The position numbers and the translations under genes were made by a program. The notes under the pieces are model-generated. The model had not been told where the DNA came from and ran no database searches. It was given only the letters and a program-made list of their open reading frames with translations. Source: Takakia lepidozioides (taxonomy: Eukaryota > Plantae > Bryophyta). Taken from it: 64,000 nt of DNA. The stretch is from positions 56,358,001 to 56,422,000 of the forward strand of contig CM060734.1 of NCBI GenBank assembly GCA_030704615.1. Direction: 5' to 3'. Within the stretch, counting starts at the first letter, position 1. The number at the start of each line of letters is the position of its first letter. Below are positions 38,271 to 50,339 of the stretch, one piece after another.

Positions 38271-40309
38271 CCGGTGTACACTGTCACTCTTCAAGATTCG
38301 TGGGTGTGGTGCTTGATTACCCCATATGATGGACCCAGGTGTCATGGCCAAGTAAACATTATGGTACGAGACAAACACAATTGAAAACAACATTTATTCA
38401 AACATGATGTACAGTTAGAGGTCATTAGAAAAAAACGAGGCAAAAGAAAGGCTGCTCCAAGGCGCATTTGTGCCCTATAGCCGCTCAAGGCGGGTACATA
38501 TTTTTGAAATGTACTTGAACGTCTACCGTGGCAAAATGGATGAATTCCACAGTGACGATGTTTCCACCGTGGCAAAATTATTTCCACGGATGACGTTTTG
38601 GCGAGGAGCATCGGCTTCTCGCGCGTTTCTTCCCCGCTTCTCGCGCGCGGCTTCTTCCCCAAGCTTATCTCGCCGTTCTTCCATCTCCTCTTGCAGCGCG
38701 TACTGCTTGCAATGTGAGCAACGTGAGTATCGTGCTCAAATCATTTTCGGTACAATTTCACAAGGCTGCCCAGCTGATGTAGAGCCACTGATGCTTGCAG
38801 GTAGCGTATGGCTTTGAAGTTGGGCTCGAAGGCAGCTACCCAGCAACCATAAGCTGCTGCCATGAGGGAGAAGTATCCAATCTGCTCGTTTTTAATCTTC
38901 CAGGGGTATTTTCTTCATCTTGTTCATCTTGAGTTTTACATTAGAGAACCGCAAGTCTTTAGGTGCATAGTTAGTGATGCCCCATGCAGCTGCAAACCGT
39001 GTATTCTGGTGCGCGACTAGATTTCGCTAGAACGGATTTTACCCGGCTATGTAGCTACCATTTATTCAACGCATGCTGCAGGTACCCTAAGGACGCTGAC
39101 AAAGTTCTGTTAGCCAAGCAAATTGGTTTGATATGAAGCCAGGTAACATTTCATCGCAGAGGGTTTCTTGCTTGCGCTTGACAATGAGGTGTATGCTTGG
39201 GTTTCTGTCTGCCAAGGCTGAGTGAGTAGCTTGCTAAGCGAGCCAGCGCCCTGCTTGTGTCCGCTGGGAAGCAATCCTCGGCGCTCGTCGGTGACCTTAC
39301 CGCAATGTTCGATGCACACCAACATACATGTGATCACAACAAGGACTTCAGAGAAGATCGGAGAACTGACCTTAAAGAGAACAAACTGAGTTCACATAAA
39401 TGGGCCTCTTGACTGGTATGTGTAGAATAACTTTGTGGTTGAGCTTCATATTCAGAACCACGTTGTGTGGCACTAATGCATTTGACTATGGCTCTGTATG
39501 GAGACTTTGGCTCTGGATTTGACTTTGGCTTTGGCACTTGTATGCAGGAGCATTTCTAACAGCGAAGTACAGCAATAGATCCACCACAGTTGCTGCCGCC
39601 ACACTGAAGCAGGTCTGTCCTTACTCACAGCTCGGTCTTCTCTTCAATAGGTACTGACAGATAGGTACTGATGGGTAGGTACTGACAGCCATAAGAAATC
39701 CCTTTGACACTCATTCTAGTCAGAATGTAGTCAGAATGGGAATTTTCTGGATCTGAAAACAGTGGATCAGTGTAAACATCGAGGGACCCTTTCTCTGTAC
39801 ATTTTCTCTACAAGGGGCATCTAAGACAACCATTTCTTCAGATGCGAGAACGGAGTGTCACATGATGAGTCGTGCATTCATGGATGCAACTCGGAGTTCC
39901 AGGAGCTGGAGGCAGTACCAACTGCAGCTATTGTGCAAGGTCCACTGGAGCCAGCTGTAGCAGTTTTCTCTCCTTTGCCGGAGGTCTCTGATGAGCCCCT
40001 CGAACTCTTTTCCACTGTAGGTCAATTTTTGACAAAGTCTCCATCTCTGCTTTTGCTTTTATCTTCCTGTAGTGGAGTGTTACAAACTGGAGTTCTGGGT
40101 GATGGCTTCAAGGTGAGGTTAAGCAGATTCTTGGAGGTACAGTCCCCCCTTCCCTCTTCTCTTCTCTCTGGAGATTTTCTCTACAAGTACAAGTTAGTTT
40201 GATGATGGTTGCTATGGTTGAGAAATGATTTGTGTAGTGTTTTTGTGTGGAAGCAGAATGCAGTTCGTGTGAACAACACCGAATTACCACCAACAACAGA
40301 CTCACGGCC

Positions 40310-41853
40310 ATTAGGAGGACGGTGATGAGGCAGAAATCATTCATGCCCAAAAGCTGGAAAGAGTGAGTATTACCCTCATGAACCGTGCATTAGACCCATC
40401 CGTCACTCCGGATAGTGAAAAGTTTTTCAGTGTGCAAAGTGAGAGGGAGATTTGGCCTATAGCTTGTTTTCAAGTGGCAAAGGAGAACACAGAGGTTCTA
40501 AACTGGGTGTTCCAACAAACCAAACTTCCTTCGTTAATTTCAAGCCCAAGAAGATGGGCAACTTCTTCACGTCCCTGCAAATAGTTTGCATTCTTGCATG
40601 CATTGCATGCAGGAGAGAGTCAAGTCTGTAGAGGGGTCCATGAAGGATGCCGCCATTGCTATTAATAAGCGTTCCCATACATGGAATGGAGGCTTATTTG
40701 CCCAAAACATTACTGCCAAACCGGTGAGTGGGAGTCAGGGAAAAGATCGTTGGAAACCACTGTTGCCCATCCCCATTGAGAGAGTGCATATTTGCACTTT
40801 ACATGCCATGAATAGGATCATTGAGAAAATGGTCCACCTCCATTTCATGTTCGTCTGGACCATTCGCGATAAGAAATTACAAGAGTTAGCTATTGCTGAC
40901 ATGGAAAAAGTGTTGTCCAGCACTGGTGCGCACGGTGGTTTGGTTAAGATCATGAAAGATGATCAACTGTCTGGCAAACTGAGTAATATCCCCAACAAAC
41001 CTTCGTTCAGTGGCCCACATGCTGCCAAACTCTTTAAACCGAGTACTTTAGAGGGAGGCTCCGACAAGTTGTACATTGATGTGGTAAAGTCCGAGCACAA
41101 CCACACGGAAGATGGGGCAAGTAGGAGAAATCGATTAGCATGTTGGGTTGCATTTGATAAGTTGAGCCCCTATCTTTCTGGCCTTGCACTCACCAGTGGA
41201 CAAATAGCTGAATATAAGAAATGTGTGGAGGAATTTGGACGCGCTTTCATCAAGAGTTGGGGGGAGGGTCCAGTTACACACTATATTGTGAGTATCTACA
41301 ACATCCCTTGATATTGATTGGAATGCTTATAGTAAAATTTTGCATTTCAATCATAGTACTTATAGATGACAATGCCAATTGTTCAAGTTGATTGGAATGC
41401 TAATTGTTTAAGTTGATAATTTGCAGCACGTACTGGTCAAGCACACCCCATGGTTTGTTGAAAAGTATGGAAGCCTATCTGTCTGGTCATGTCAAGGAAT
41501 GGAGAACTCGCATCACGCGGCAAATGCGGCATATCAGCGTCATACTCAACATGCTGGAACAAAATGCAAGAAAAGTCCTTTGGTATAGACCTATCAACAC
41601 TGGTTTAGGATCATTCAACATAGGTTCAGAAACAAAAACCTTCAATTGAATGTTGCCATTGATAACCTTAGAGGTGAGGAGGCAATTCAGGGCCCGACGT
41701 GCAGCATCCTTAAACTCAAGCGCAACAGCACACAGCGCTTTGTGGCGATCAAGATGCACTCGGGTTGGCAGTAGGTGGGTACCAAACTCTGAAGAGCCAA
41801 TTGTAGAAGAGCCAATTGAGGAATCACCGGAGGAGCCAATTCATGCATTGTAA
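40310..41853 (+). pseudogene. RAG1/Transib/Chapaev-like transposase core, spliced (intron 41288-41426), disabled
   Basis: Motifs in RAG1 order: WPIACFQVAKE; ANSLHSCMHC (CxxC); HICTLHAMNRI; VTHYI|HVLVKHTPWFVEKYGSLSVWSCQGMENSH (compare RAG1 [33 protein letters not shown]). The second catalytic Asp region appears deleted; there is an in-frame TAG. Confidence 0.75.
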
Positions 41854-43802
41854 ACAACACTTGCTACTACTTCCTATGGTTGTTTTGCTTATGTTGTTTT
41901 GCTTGTTTTGTTTTGTTTTGTTTTGTTTCTTTCTGTTTTGTTTTTTTGGTTGAACAGGGGTTCCACGAGGGTTGATAACTCTGCCCTTGCTGTGGCTGTA
42001 GGTGCCAGCATCATGCGTTGCGAGCTGACAAAACTGCGATGGAACCAAGCCCAGGTCCTGCAGGTGTGCACATCTTCAGCATCTGCCTTACTCCTCAGCA
42101 TCTTGCATGTAAACACAAGCTACCTACAGACCTATGACCTGCAACATTAGTACCTTATCAACAACTGAACATCATAGCCTGCAGGCAGCTCCCTCATGTT
42201 GTCATGTTGCCAGAAGGCCTAGTGCAACTTGTGTCCCTATCTTATCCCTAAACTGCAATGGAACCAAGCCCAGTTCCTGCAGGCCTTACTCATCGGAAAG
42301 GAATTAATTCTGTGGCTGTGGCTTGCCTCCACACCAAAGGAGTTAGCAAATGAGCAGGGTAGACAGGGGCAGACTCAGACTGAAAGCAAAGAAATTGCTC
42401 AACTAGTCATCCCATTGACAACATCTCCATCAGACCATAGTCTGAGATCTGCCCTGTCTATAAAAGGTAAAGAATGGTGAAAAGAAGGAGGTTACTCACT
42501 AGGGCAGACTCAGACTTGCTTTGACTTCTCAGCAGATTGATTATTGAGGGCGGGCGGAGGCGAGAGCGGGCAGATCTCAGCAGATTGGTTTCAGGTCATA
42601 CTTGGGGCGGGATTTCCTTGATCGATACAGTCAGGGCGCCTTGAGAGTGCAGTCTGTTGGCACCAGTCTGTTGATGGAGGTGAAGAGTGCAGCATGTTGA
42701 CAGTGGATAATCGTAGGCGACCATGCACCTCATGAAAACGAATTTGAATCGGTGATTCGAAGCACCGCCGCGAGGTCGTGTTTAGGGATCGACTGCCTCT
42801 GTTCTGCTGGGGGCTCCTGTAAGTCTATCAGACATGCTGCCATCATACAGCGTATTATTAATGGATCTTCAGTTGAAATGGACTAGTAGGGCTAGTGTGT
42901 TTCGTTACCCTACTCTCCATGGACTTGATGATTACAGCATCTTAAGCAAAGATCTTTCAGCACTTGACCACATGACAATAAACTGGAGGGAGGAGAGTAA
43001 TGTTACCCTGGTTCTAGAGAGAGAGTTTTCTTTGATGTGACCTTTACCCATCTTTTTAATGTTCAACCATGCAACTACTCGACTCCAACCTGTCATGTCA
43101 TTGGCGCATTCAAACCCAACTTGGCCCGGCATGCTCCAGGATCTCTGCCAAGCATGATGAGGAAAGCACTGCTCGAAGGACAGCACCGCTCGAAAGAACC
43201 TCCGCTCTGAAAGAACCTTTCATCTCCTGATGCGCAGAACTGAGCCTAACTAGTATGAACCTGAAGCTGCAGCCGTTGCCGCATGCGCCACATCCTCTGC
43301 CCCACAGACATACTAAGCGCCTGGACTTGCTGCTCAGGGGGGGCGGGACAACATTCTCCCTCCCTAAAAGTCCGCACACCTCTCCCTCTCTGTATTACGG
43401 TGTAAAATGGAAGCACGGATAGAGAAACAAGACCCCAGATCAATCTGTGTACCCAGCCAAGACCCAAACATCCATCCATTCAATCTCATCTGGAAAGTGC
43501 AACTTGACTAAACTGGAGCTTAAAATTGCATTAAGCATTAAGTACAAAGAAAGTTACAAGTACTTTCCAAGAGTCTATCCTTTTTCTTTTTTATGTTTTG
43601 GTTAAGTACAAATAAAATCAATCTGTTGCTAATGGATCATTACAGCATTCTTGGTTACCATGGCATCCCCCATCATTATATCAAACACAAGATCCTGGGT
43701 TCGAATTCTAAATATTATTCGCTCGACAAAAGTAACATTTTTGGTCATACCCCCTTCTCCATGATTGTCCCACTTAGCCACAAGGTCTAGGGTTCAAAAC
43801 AT

Positions 43803-43968
43803 CACATAACAAAGGTTAAAATGTCACCTAAAATGTCACATAATGTTATCCTAATGCTCCATAGCCCTAACTCTCAACCAACAAACATCATACTATTCAC
43901 ATAACAAAGGTTAAAATATCACCTAAAATGTCACATAATGTTATCCTAATGCTCCACAGCCCTAACTC
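43803..43968. repeat. Tandem duplication, 95-bp period
   Basis: CACATAACAAAGGTTAAAAT...GCCCTAACTCT at 43803 and 43898. Confidence 0.9.
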
Positions 43969-44055
43969 TAAGACTAAATGTCACCAAATGTTCCAGATGT
44001 CACCATTATCTTGTAGCCCACGGACTAACCCTAATTCTAAGGCTACACATCAGGA

Positions 44056-45434
44056 TTAATTTGCCACAAGTCGTAGTCGTTTCAGAGGCAGCACATGGGC
44101 AGCTGTGTACTTCTTCTCATTTCTGATGTTTACCTGTCAACAAGAAACATGTAATTTTGTCAGAAGCTGTCATAACATTTGAAGCTGTGAATGGATGACC
44201 ATTTCACATACCAAATTCCACATACCTTTTTGGACTTGATCCCATCCTCATCCACCAAGATCGTGAAGTCCTCAGGAATGTCTGATCCAAAAGCAATCGC
44301 AATCTCATGTCGAATGCTTGACATTGACCACTGTCGCCCAACCTCAATTTCTTGTTGTCTTGCTTCATATTCACAACATAAGCTGACCATCTCCACAGAC
44401 TGAACCTGATCCATCGTCTCCCATTTGTTTTCGGATATCGTGCGTTGCCGATTGAATTGAAATGTGGCATATAAAGCAGATCGGCCAATGTGATATTTGA
44501 ATCTCAGTGTTGAACGATCGACAACACATCTAATGACATCTGCTCCAATGGTGATTTTTGTATCCCATCCACTATCCATCAGTGATTCCAACAGCTTCTC
44601 ACATGGTTCTTTGAAAGTGAACATGGTATAGCTCTTAGAGATACTGCTGGCCACGGAAAATAGATCTACCATTACTCCAATTGGCATAAACCATTGTAAG
44701 TGGGTTGATTTGCTTCCTGTTCTGGGTTTCATAGAGGATAAGAAATCAGACCGCAACTTAAGTCTGAAAGACTCACTGGTCGCCATGTCCGGTAATGGCC
44801 AAGCTGGGTCACTAAAACCAGGAAGAGGGATCGGCTGCACTGTTCCAAACTCGGATCTACCATTGCGTGGGGTGTAAAATGCATTGTAGAAGTACACATG
44901 ATCGCGCAGAAGCTCCTTGTGCGTTCAATTTCCACGGCAAGCCTCACCCACTTCGGCGTGCACCACATACAAAACGTCCATTATACTCTTCGGATCAATC
45001 CAATCTTCAAACGTGGAAAGGTATAGGTCTGCAATAAAACCCCATCCTCATCGTATAGTTGTTCCACTGTGCACAATACAAGGTGAACTTGATAGCAAAT
45101 AATGTAAATTTATGAGGATCTTAGACAACTTACAATTGCAAGCGCCTATGCCAGGAGGATAATTGAGTTGTCGTTGCATGTAAGCATGTTGAACACAGAT
45201 TTTGGATACCACTGTGGATCCACCTTCGAAACGAAACTTCAGCACCTTCGCCTTGTACGCCCCCTCTGTTGTAGAAGTTCCGCCGTGCTTCAATGAATCT
45301 TTAGCATGATCGCCTTTTCTACCCGACATCAATGCTACCCAAGCATTACTCTCCAACTTCATGGGAATCCAATTATCATTCTCGTCTTTCGAATTGAACA
45401 AGATCACAGATCCTACTTCACTTCGTGGCCGCAT
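44056..45434 (-). pseudogene. 3-exon gene with BAH-like N-terminal region (exons 45434-45134, 45028-44226, 44133-44056); one in-frame TGA
   Basis: Two in-phase GT-AG introns. YKAKVLKF...VQHAY...NYLYLSTFEDWIDPKSI...YFYNAFY follows the BAH pattern; domain call is by eye. Confidence 0.6.
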
Positions 45435-46249
45435 TTTGTTTCGGATTCACAATTCCCTCTGTATCCCACCAAGAAATCAACTTACGATTTGGAATGAGAT
45501 TTGGAACACGAGATTTGGATTTGCAGCTTTACTGCACTTGTCTGCTTAAGCAACAATTGCTAACTAGTACCTGTCAACCTACAAGTACTAAGGTAAATTG
45601 AGGGTCCACGAGCTGGAGTCTCTTGGGCATCAAATAAACTATTTTTCCCACTAAGTGGCCATACCAGTGGCCGCCTCACCCAACCTATGCTCCTGATATG
45701 TCTCTTGGATAGTTGGATTTAGCACAAGTCAGATTGGATATACTTCAAAGTACCGTACGAAAGGTTCAGCATTTGCTTTTGCAGGGTGGGGCAACTGGGT
45801 TCCTCCAATCCCAGGCTGTTGCAAAAATGATGTTTGAGCATTTTGCTGGACAGCTTTGTAGGCTGGTCTGGTTTGACTTGCATACCCAAGTAGACTCTTA
45901 TCCATGATGACCTTAGTTATGTAGCAATGATTTTTCTATCAAATTGCAGTGATTGCGACCTTGGAATTGGGAAAGGGAAATCCATTTTTGGGTAATCCAG
46001 TTGTGAACCAGACCAGCTCAGCCCAGCTCAGCTCAGCCAGCCCAGCTACCACTTGATTTTTCTGTCAATTTGCAGTGATTGCGACATTGGAATTGGGAAA
46101 GAGAAGTCATGTACTCTTAAAAAGAGACTTTCCCTCCTGAGTTTTTCAATCCTTACAACATCAGTTTATTTTATTGTATCAGTTTATCAGATCACGAGCC
46201 TGAACATTGGAATACAACATTAAGGTAGATGCTGAAAGAGGATTATCAC

Positions 46250-46330
46250 CTTCTTTCCGCAGTTTAGTCCAAGCTGCTTCAAAACTGGTAGTGAGCTGGT
46301 CAAACACAGCAGCTCTTGTTTTCAACAGCC
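46250..46330 (-). pseudogene. Captured fragment of a chloroplast SRP54 (FFC)-like exon
   Basis: TRAAVFDQLTTSFEAAWTKLRKE followed by a GT donor; resembles the cpSRP54 N-domain start (MFGQLT.GLEAAW.KLKGE). Confidence 0.55.
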
Positions 46331-46689
46331 CACCTCTGAGCCCTGTCTACCCTGCTCATTTGCTAACTCCTTTGGTGTGGAGGCAAGCCACAGCTTAGTA
46401 CAGACTCAATCATCTATGGCCTGCAAGAGCTCAAAGCTTTAACTTCTGAGTCTCTGGCTCTTAGTGGCAACCCCAGGAACCCCAGATTGATTTGGTAAGC
46501 AATGTAGTAGGTTGAATCCAAGCTCAATCCATATGAGCAACCCTCTAAGGCATATAGCCACCATACTGAAACTACGACACCTACAGTCAAACCATCAACA
46601 ACATAGCCAAGAAAATGAAGATAGAAGGCAACTGCATTCCTTGTTCACCTAAGAGTGGCCTTGGCATCAGCAGCTAGAGTCCACAAGCG

Positions 46690-46915
46690 TGATTCCAAGT
46701 GTTGCACACGCACTGCAAATGCACACAAACATGATGTGGTCGAGCTTCACCCCTTCCGGCCCCGTCATTTGTTCATAGGTCTCCAAAGCCCCATCCCACA
46801 CCCCTGCTCTGCACACCCTGCAAGCATCGCGTTCCATGACACCACATCTCGTTCAGCTGTGCATCTCGGCCTTTGTGCTTGTGCTCCTGCATAGCGTCTG
46901 CAATGTTGCCCTTGC
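46690..46915 (-). pseudogene. Captured PLS-type PPR gene fragment
   Basis: ERDVVSWNAMLAGCAEQG..GALETYEQM..EGVKLDHIMFVCICSACATLG, with frameshifts. Confidence 0.8.
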
Positions 46916-47269
46916 TGGACCCATCTCCTGGTGCCACTGACTTCAACAGCAGGCTCAGTAGGCTGCCCATCACCAACAATGACGTCAGCCAATCTAATTT
47001 AAGCTCTCCCCAATAATCTCTCCTCTGCCACATACTCTCCATTCAAACAAAGCGTCAAAGTCTCTCACATCAAGAAAATGCAATGTCATGGAACAACATA
47101 AAACCTGGGGTGAATGAACTGCCTACCTCATGTAGCACACGGCCAAGCTTCAGGTAATCCAGAAAACCAGTTGCCCATGCAAACCAAATATCTGCTTCTA
47201 CAATTCTCACCCAATCAGGAGGCAAATTACTTATGGAAGACTGAAAACAGTGAGGGTGAGGGGAAACAC

Positions 47270-47365
47270 CTCTGTCCATAGAGAATGTTCAACAGTTCAA
47301 ACAGCTCAGCATCACTGGCCAGCTCCAGTACAAAGTGTAGCTCTGGATCAAATGCAGCTGCATGC
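47270..47365 (-). pseudogene. Captured exon fragment of a conserved plant protein of unknown function
   Basis: AAAFDPELHFVLELASDAELFELLNILYG followed by a GT donor; recalled as resembling a conserved plant/cyanobacterial YaaW-like family. Confidence 0.45.
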
Positions 47366-47858
47366 ACCAAATGAAATTTAGGGCAAGAACATAGGGACGA
47401 CCTCTCCAAGGTGTGAAGGTGCCCTGGGGCTTCCACTGTTATGTGCATGTGATTCAACCTGTTGCTTGAACTCCTCTGAGTTGTAGGCTAGAAGAAGTAG
47501 GTGACTTTGACTTCATAAGCTCCAGAAGAAACCCACAGCCTTGCCAAATCTGACAAAAAATGATGAGTCACAATGTTGCAGAACTTGGACCAACGTACTC
47601 ACATTCGGTGAGTCCATGGTTGCAATATAAGCGAATGAAAAGCAAACATTTTGAGAGCGAGCACCTCAAGTCTCAAGCAGGGACACCATCGTTGCCTGCT
47701 CTCGGAGCTTTCATTCTCAAAGACAGTAGCAATCGGATGGCTGATAAATAAAACCAAGCTTTACGGTTTCTGCTTATATTGACAAAGTCTACCCTCTAGT
47801 TTTCAAGGAGAACAAACCTTGTGCATATATTACTGATGAGCATTCGAACGTTGAACAG

Positions 47859-48000
47859 GCAAGAAGAACTCTGCGTACCTTGAAAGGGTTGGTGCGGCTG
47901 CAAGCACTGGTGCGGGGCCACACAGTGCGAAGGCAGGCTGCCAGTACCCTGCGGTGCTTGCGAGTGTAAGCTCAAGTGCGAGCACGCCGTGTTCGAATGT
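47859..48000 (+). pseudogene. Captured IQ67-domain (IQD) exon fragment
   Basis: After a CAG acceptor, [44 protein letters not shown]; starts at the phase-0 intron position typical of IQD genes. Confidence 0.88.
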
Positions 48001-48924
48001 GACCTCCTGCATTTCCTGCTCCGTCCCTCGTCGTTCCATTAACTCCCTGTTATCCCGATCATTCTCCCATTTCCTGTCAATACTCAACCATGATCGTATG
48101 GTCCCCCCATTCCACCAATATGTGTAACCTTCATTTCGACGTGGATGCAACGCAAAATACTTTATGATGCCGAAATGATGGAACTTTACAGCCAACGCCT
48201 CATTGTTAGGTTGGACTTTGACAAGCTCAGCATTTGTTTCCCTGGGCGTTTTCCCTGCTAGCTCCCAAGATGGAGGAATGAATTGATCCCCAACAATTCT
48301 AACCCTCCGAATTGTACTATACCCTCCCTGTTTGGGCGCGTCGAGTTGTTGTACATGTGCGTTTATGGATATGTATCTCACGTTCAATGCCGCATCCGCG
48401 GACGAGGCCCTGTCTTCCATGGGAGTGGTTTCGTACATCATTTGGCGTGGGCCTTTGCCATGTCAGACCACCAATCCACAAAGCACAAACAACTCCTCCT
48501 CCGAAGTTGGCATGCGACCTTCAGCTACAGGTGTTCTCGTAACAAACTTGTCCATGGTTTGCCTCAGATTCCATGTGGCATCATGGGCCCGGTCCTCCAT
48601 CCATTTCGTGAACTGGAACTTTGCCATGTCCTCCTCCCATTCATCCCCGGCCAAAGCCTCCCTCATTCTCATCTCCATATTGTGCTGGAATCTAATGAAC
48701 CCCTCATTCCCATGTCAGACATACAAAAGATTCAAACGCATTATGTCATTGTCCTTCAAATAATCGAGCACTACTTGTTTCACCACCTTCGCGGCCTCTG
48801 TGCTTGGATAGTCTTTTTTGTTGACCTGACTATCCCGTTCATATGCATGTTTACGCTTCCTACCTTTACGCCCACTTCCCGAGGAACCCCCTGACACTGC
48901 GTTCGAAGCAATGTTTCCGGACAT
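48001..48924 (-). pseudogene. Protein kinase-like gene, truncated after the N-lobe, two in-frame TGA
   Basis: One frame across ORFs 48715-48924, 48463-48678 and 47830-48441. QGGYSTIRRV, LAGK, NNEALA, HHFGIIK and WWNGGTI correspond to kinase subdomains I-V. Confidence 0.65.
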
Positions 48925-49289
48925 GATGAAAGTACTTTGCGGAATAGACGCGGCTTCGTATCGGAAAACTAAACCCAGACTATTGATAACCTTATATACT
49001 AGCGGACCAATTTCCTCACCCTCTCTTGGTATAGTACCTAAAGCAAACTCTCTCCCGTAGTCCTAGGAAAAAAAAAAAAAAAAAAAAACTCCTCCCCCAC
49101 ATAAATCCACTTTCTCCCCCCCCCACGGCTCAGTCCTGGCCACCGAAGTCGAAACTCCAAGAAGCCCCAGAACCGCACTCACAGAGAGGGAAAAAAATGG
49201 GTTGGGAATGGGGGGTAAGCCCTTATATACTGCCTTGAGCGTCGCGTGACCGCCTCTGCTGCCCATTCGCGCTTCGCCACGTGTCCAGG

Positions 49290-49730
49290 TAGCGGTCGCA
49301 CCTATGGGTGGTCGCAGTTAATAACAAAACAAAAAAACAACTGCGACCCCCCCCTGCTGGTGGTCGCACTTTTTTAAAAACAAAACGAAAATGTTCGACC
49401 CCCCATAAGCGGTCGCACCTAATAACAAAAAAGAAAAAGTCTGCGACCACCACTAGCTGGTAGTCGCACCCATTTAAAAAATAATTAAAAATGTGCGACC
49501 ATCCCCTGCCGGTGGTCGCACCCAATTTAAAAATAAAAATAAAAATGTGCGACCACCCTCTGCTTGTGGTCGCACCTATTAAAAAAAATGAAAATGTTGC
49601 GACCATCATCTGCTGGTGATCGTACCCATTTACAAAATAAGAAAAAATGTGGGACCACCCCCATCTGGTGGTCGCACCTTTTAAAATAAAATAAAAATGT
49701 CCGACCAACCGTTGCTGACGGTCGCATGAT
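49290..49730. repeat. Right subterminal array of TGCGACC/GGTCGCA hairpins with A-rich spacers
   Basis: Mirror image of 33655-34200. Confidence 0.9.
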
Positions 49731-50339
49731 TGACAATATAAATCATAATATATGAATTTTATAGATAAATAATGAAGTCCACGTAATGAGGCCACATCGG
49801 TTGCCACGTTGGTTCTCATAGTAAATAGTCAATAGTGAAGTAAAAAAATAAACATATTTATGTACAGTAACGTCCGTTTAGGACGTGACGTGACGCACGT
49901 CCGTCGCTGATGTCGGACGTGACGCTGACGCGCACGTCACGTCCAAATTTGCAACTAGGCCGTATGGTACGAATGTGTGATGCAAAAACCGATGGATGAA
50001 TGGTTTCAGGATGAATGAAAAGTGGAAAGGATGAATGGTGGATGACTTGTGGATGAGAAATGAGCGAAATGGATGAACCATGACTTCGTTTTTGTTTCAC
50101 GTGGAGCAATTGCATCTCGAGTGTGTCCTGAATTTTAGATTTGTCGGCTGATCCTGGCAGTACTTACTTTGAGGGAACTTGAAGGAAACTGCTGAAGTTA
50201 CAAGGCAATTACATACAGGAGTAAATTTGAGTTACCTATGGATTCTTCTGATGGGGAGGTGGGGCTGCAGAGGAGGGAGGAGGATAGAACATGAGAAGTG
50301 GAGGACAAAACAAAATCGCAAAAAAATTGAGTCCAAAAA

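Larger units (their letters stand above)
33438..49959 (+). mobile_element. Giant (16.5 kb) cargo-carrying DNA transposon with 8-bp TSD, hAT-like
   Basis: CCGTATGG at 33430-33437 and 49960-49967. Left end starts CAGGGTTG. Both ends show a CGTCA/TGACG cluster, then a TGCGACC hairpin array, then an inward TATATAAGG, in mirror order. A hAT transposase lies inside the left end. The terminal TIR match itself is weak (7/12). Confidence 0.75.

Noticed and set aside
47830-48000. C-terminal extension of the kinase-like ORF
   Set aside because: It is the antisense reading of the captured IQD exon.
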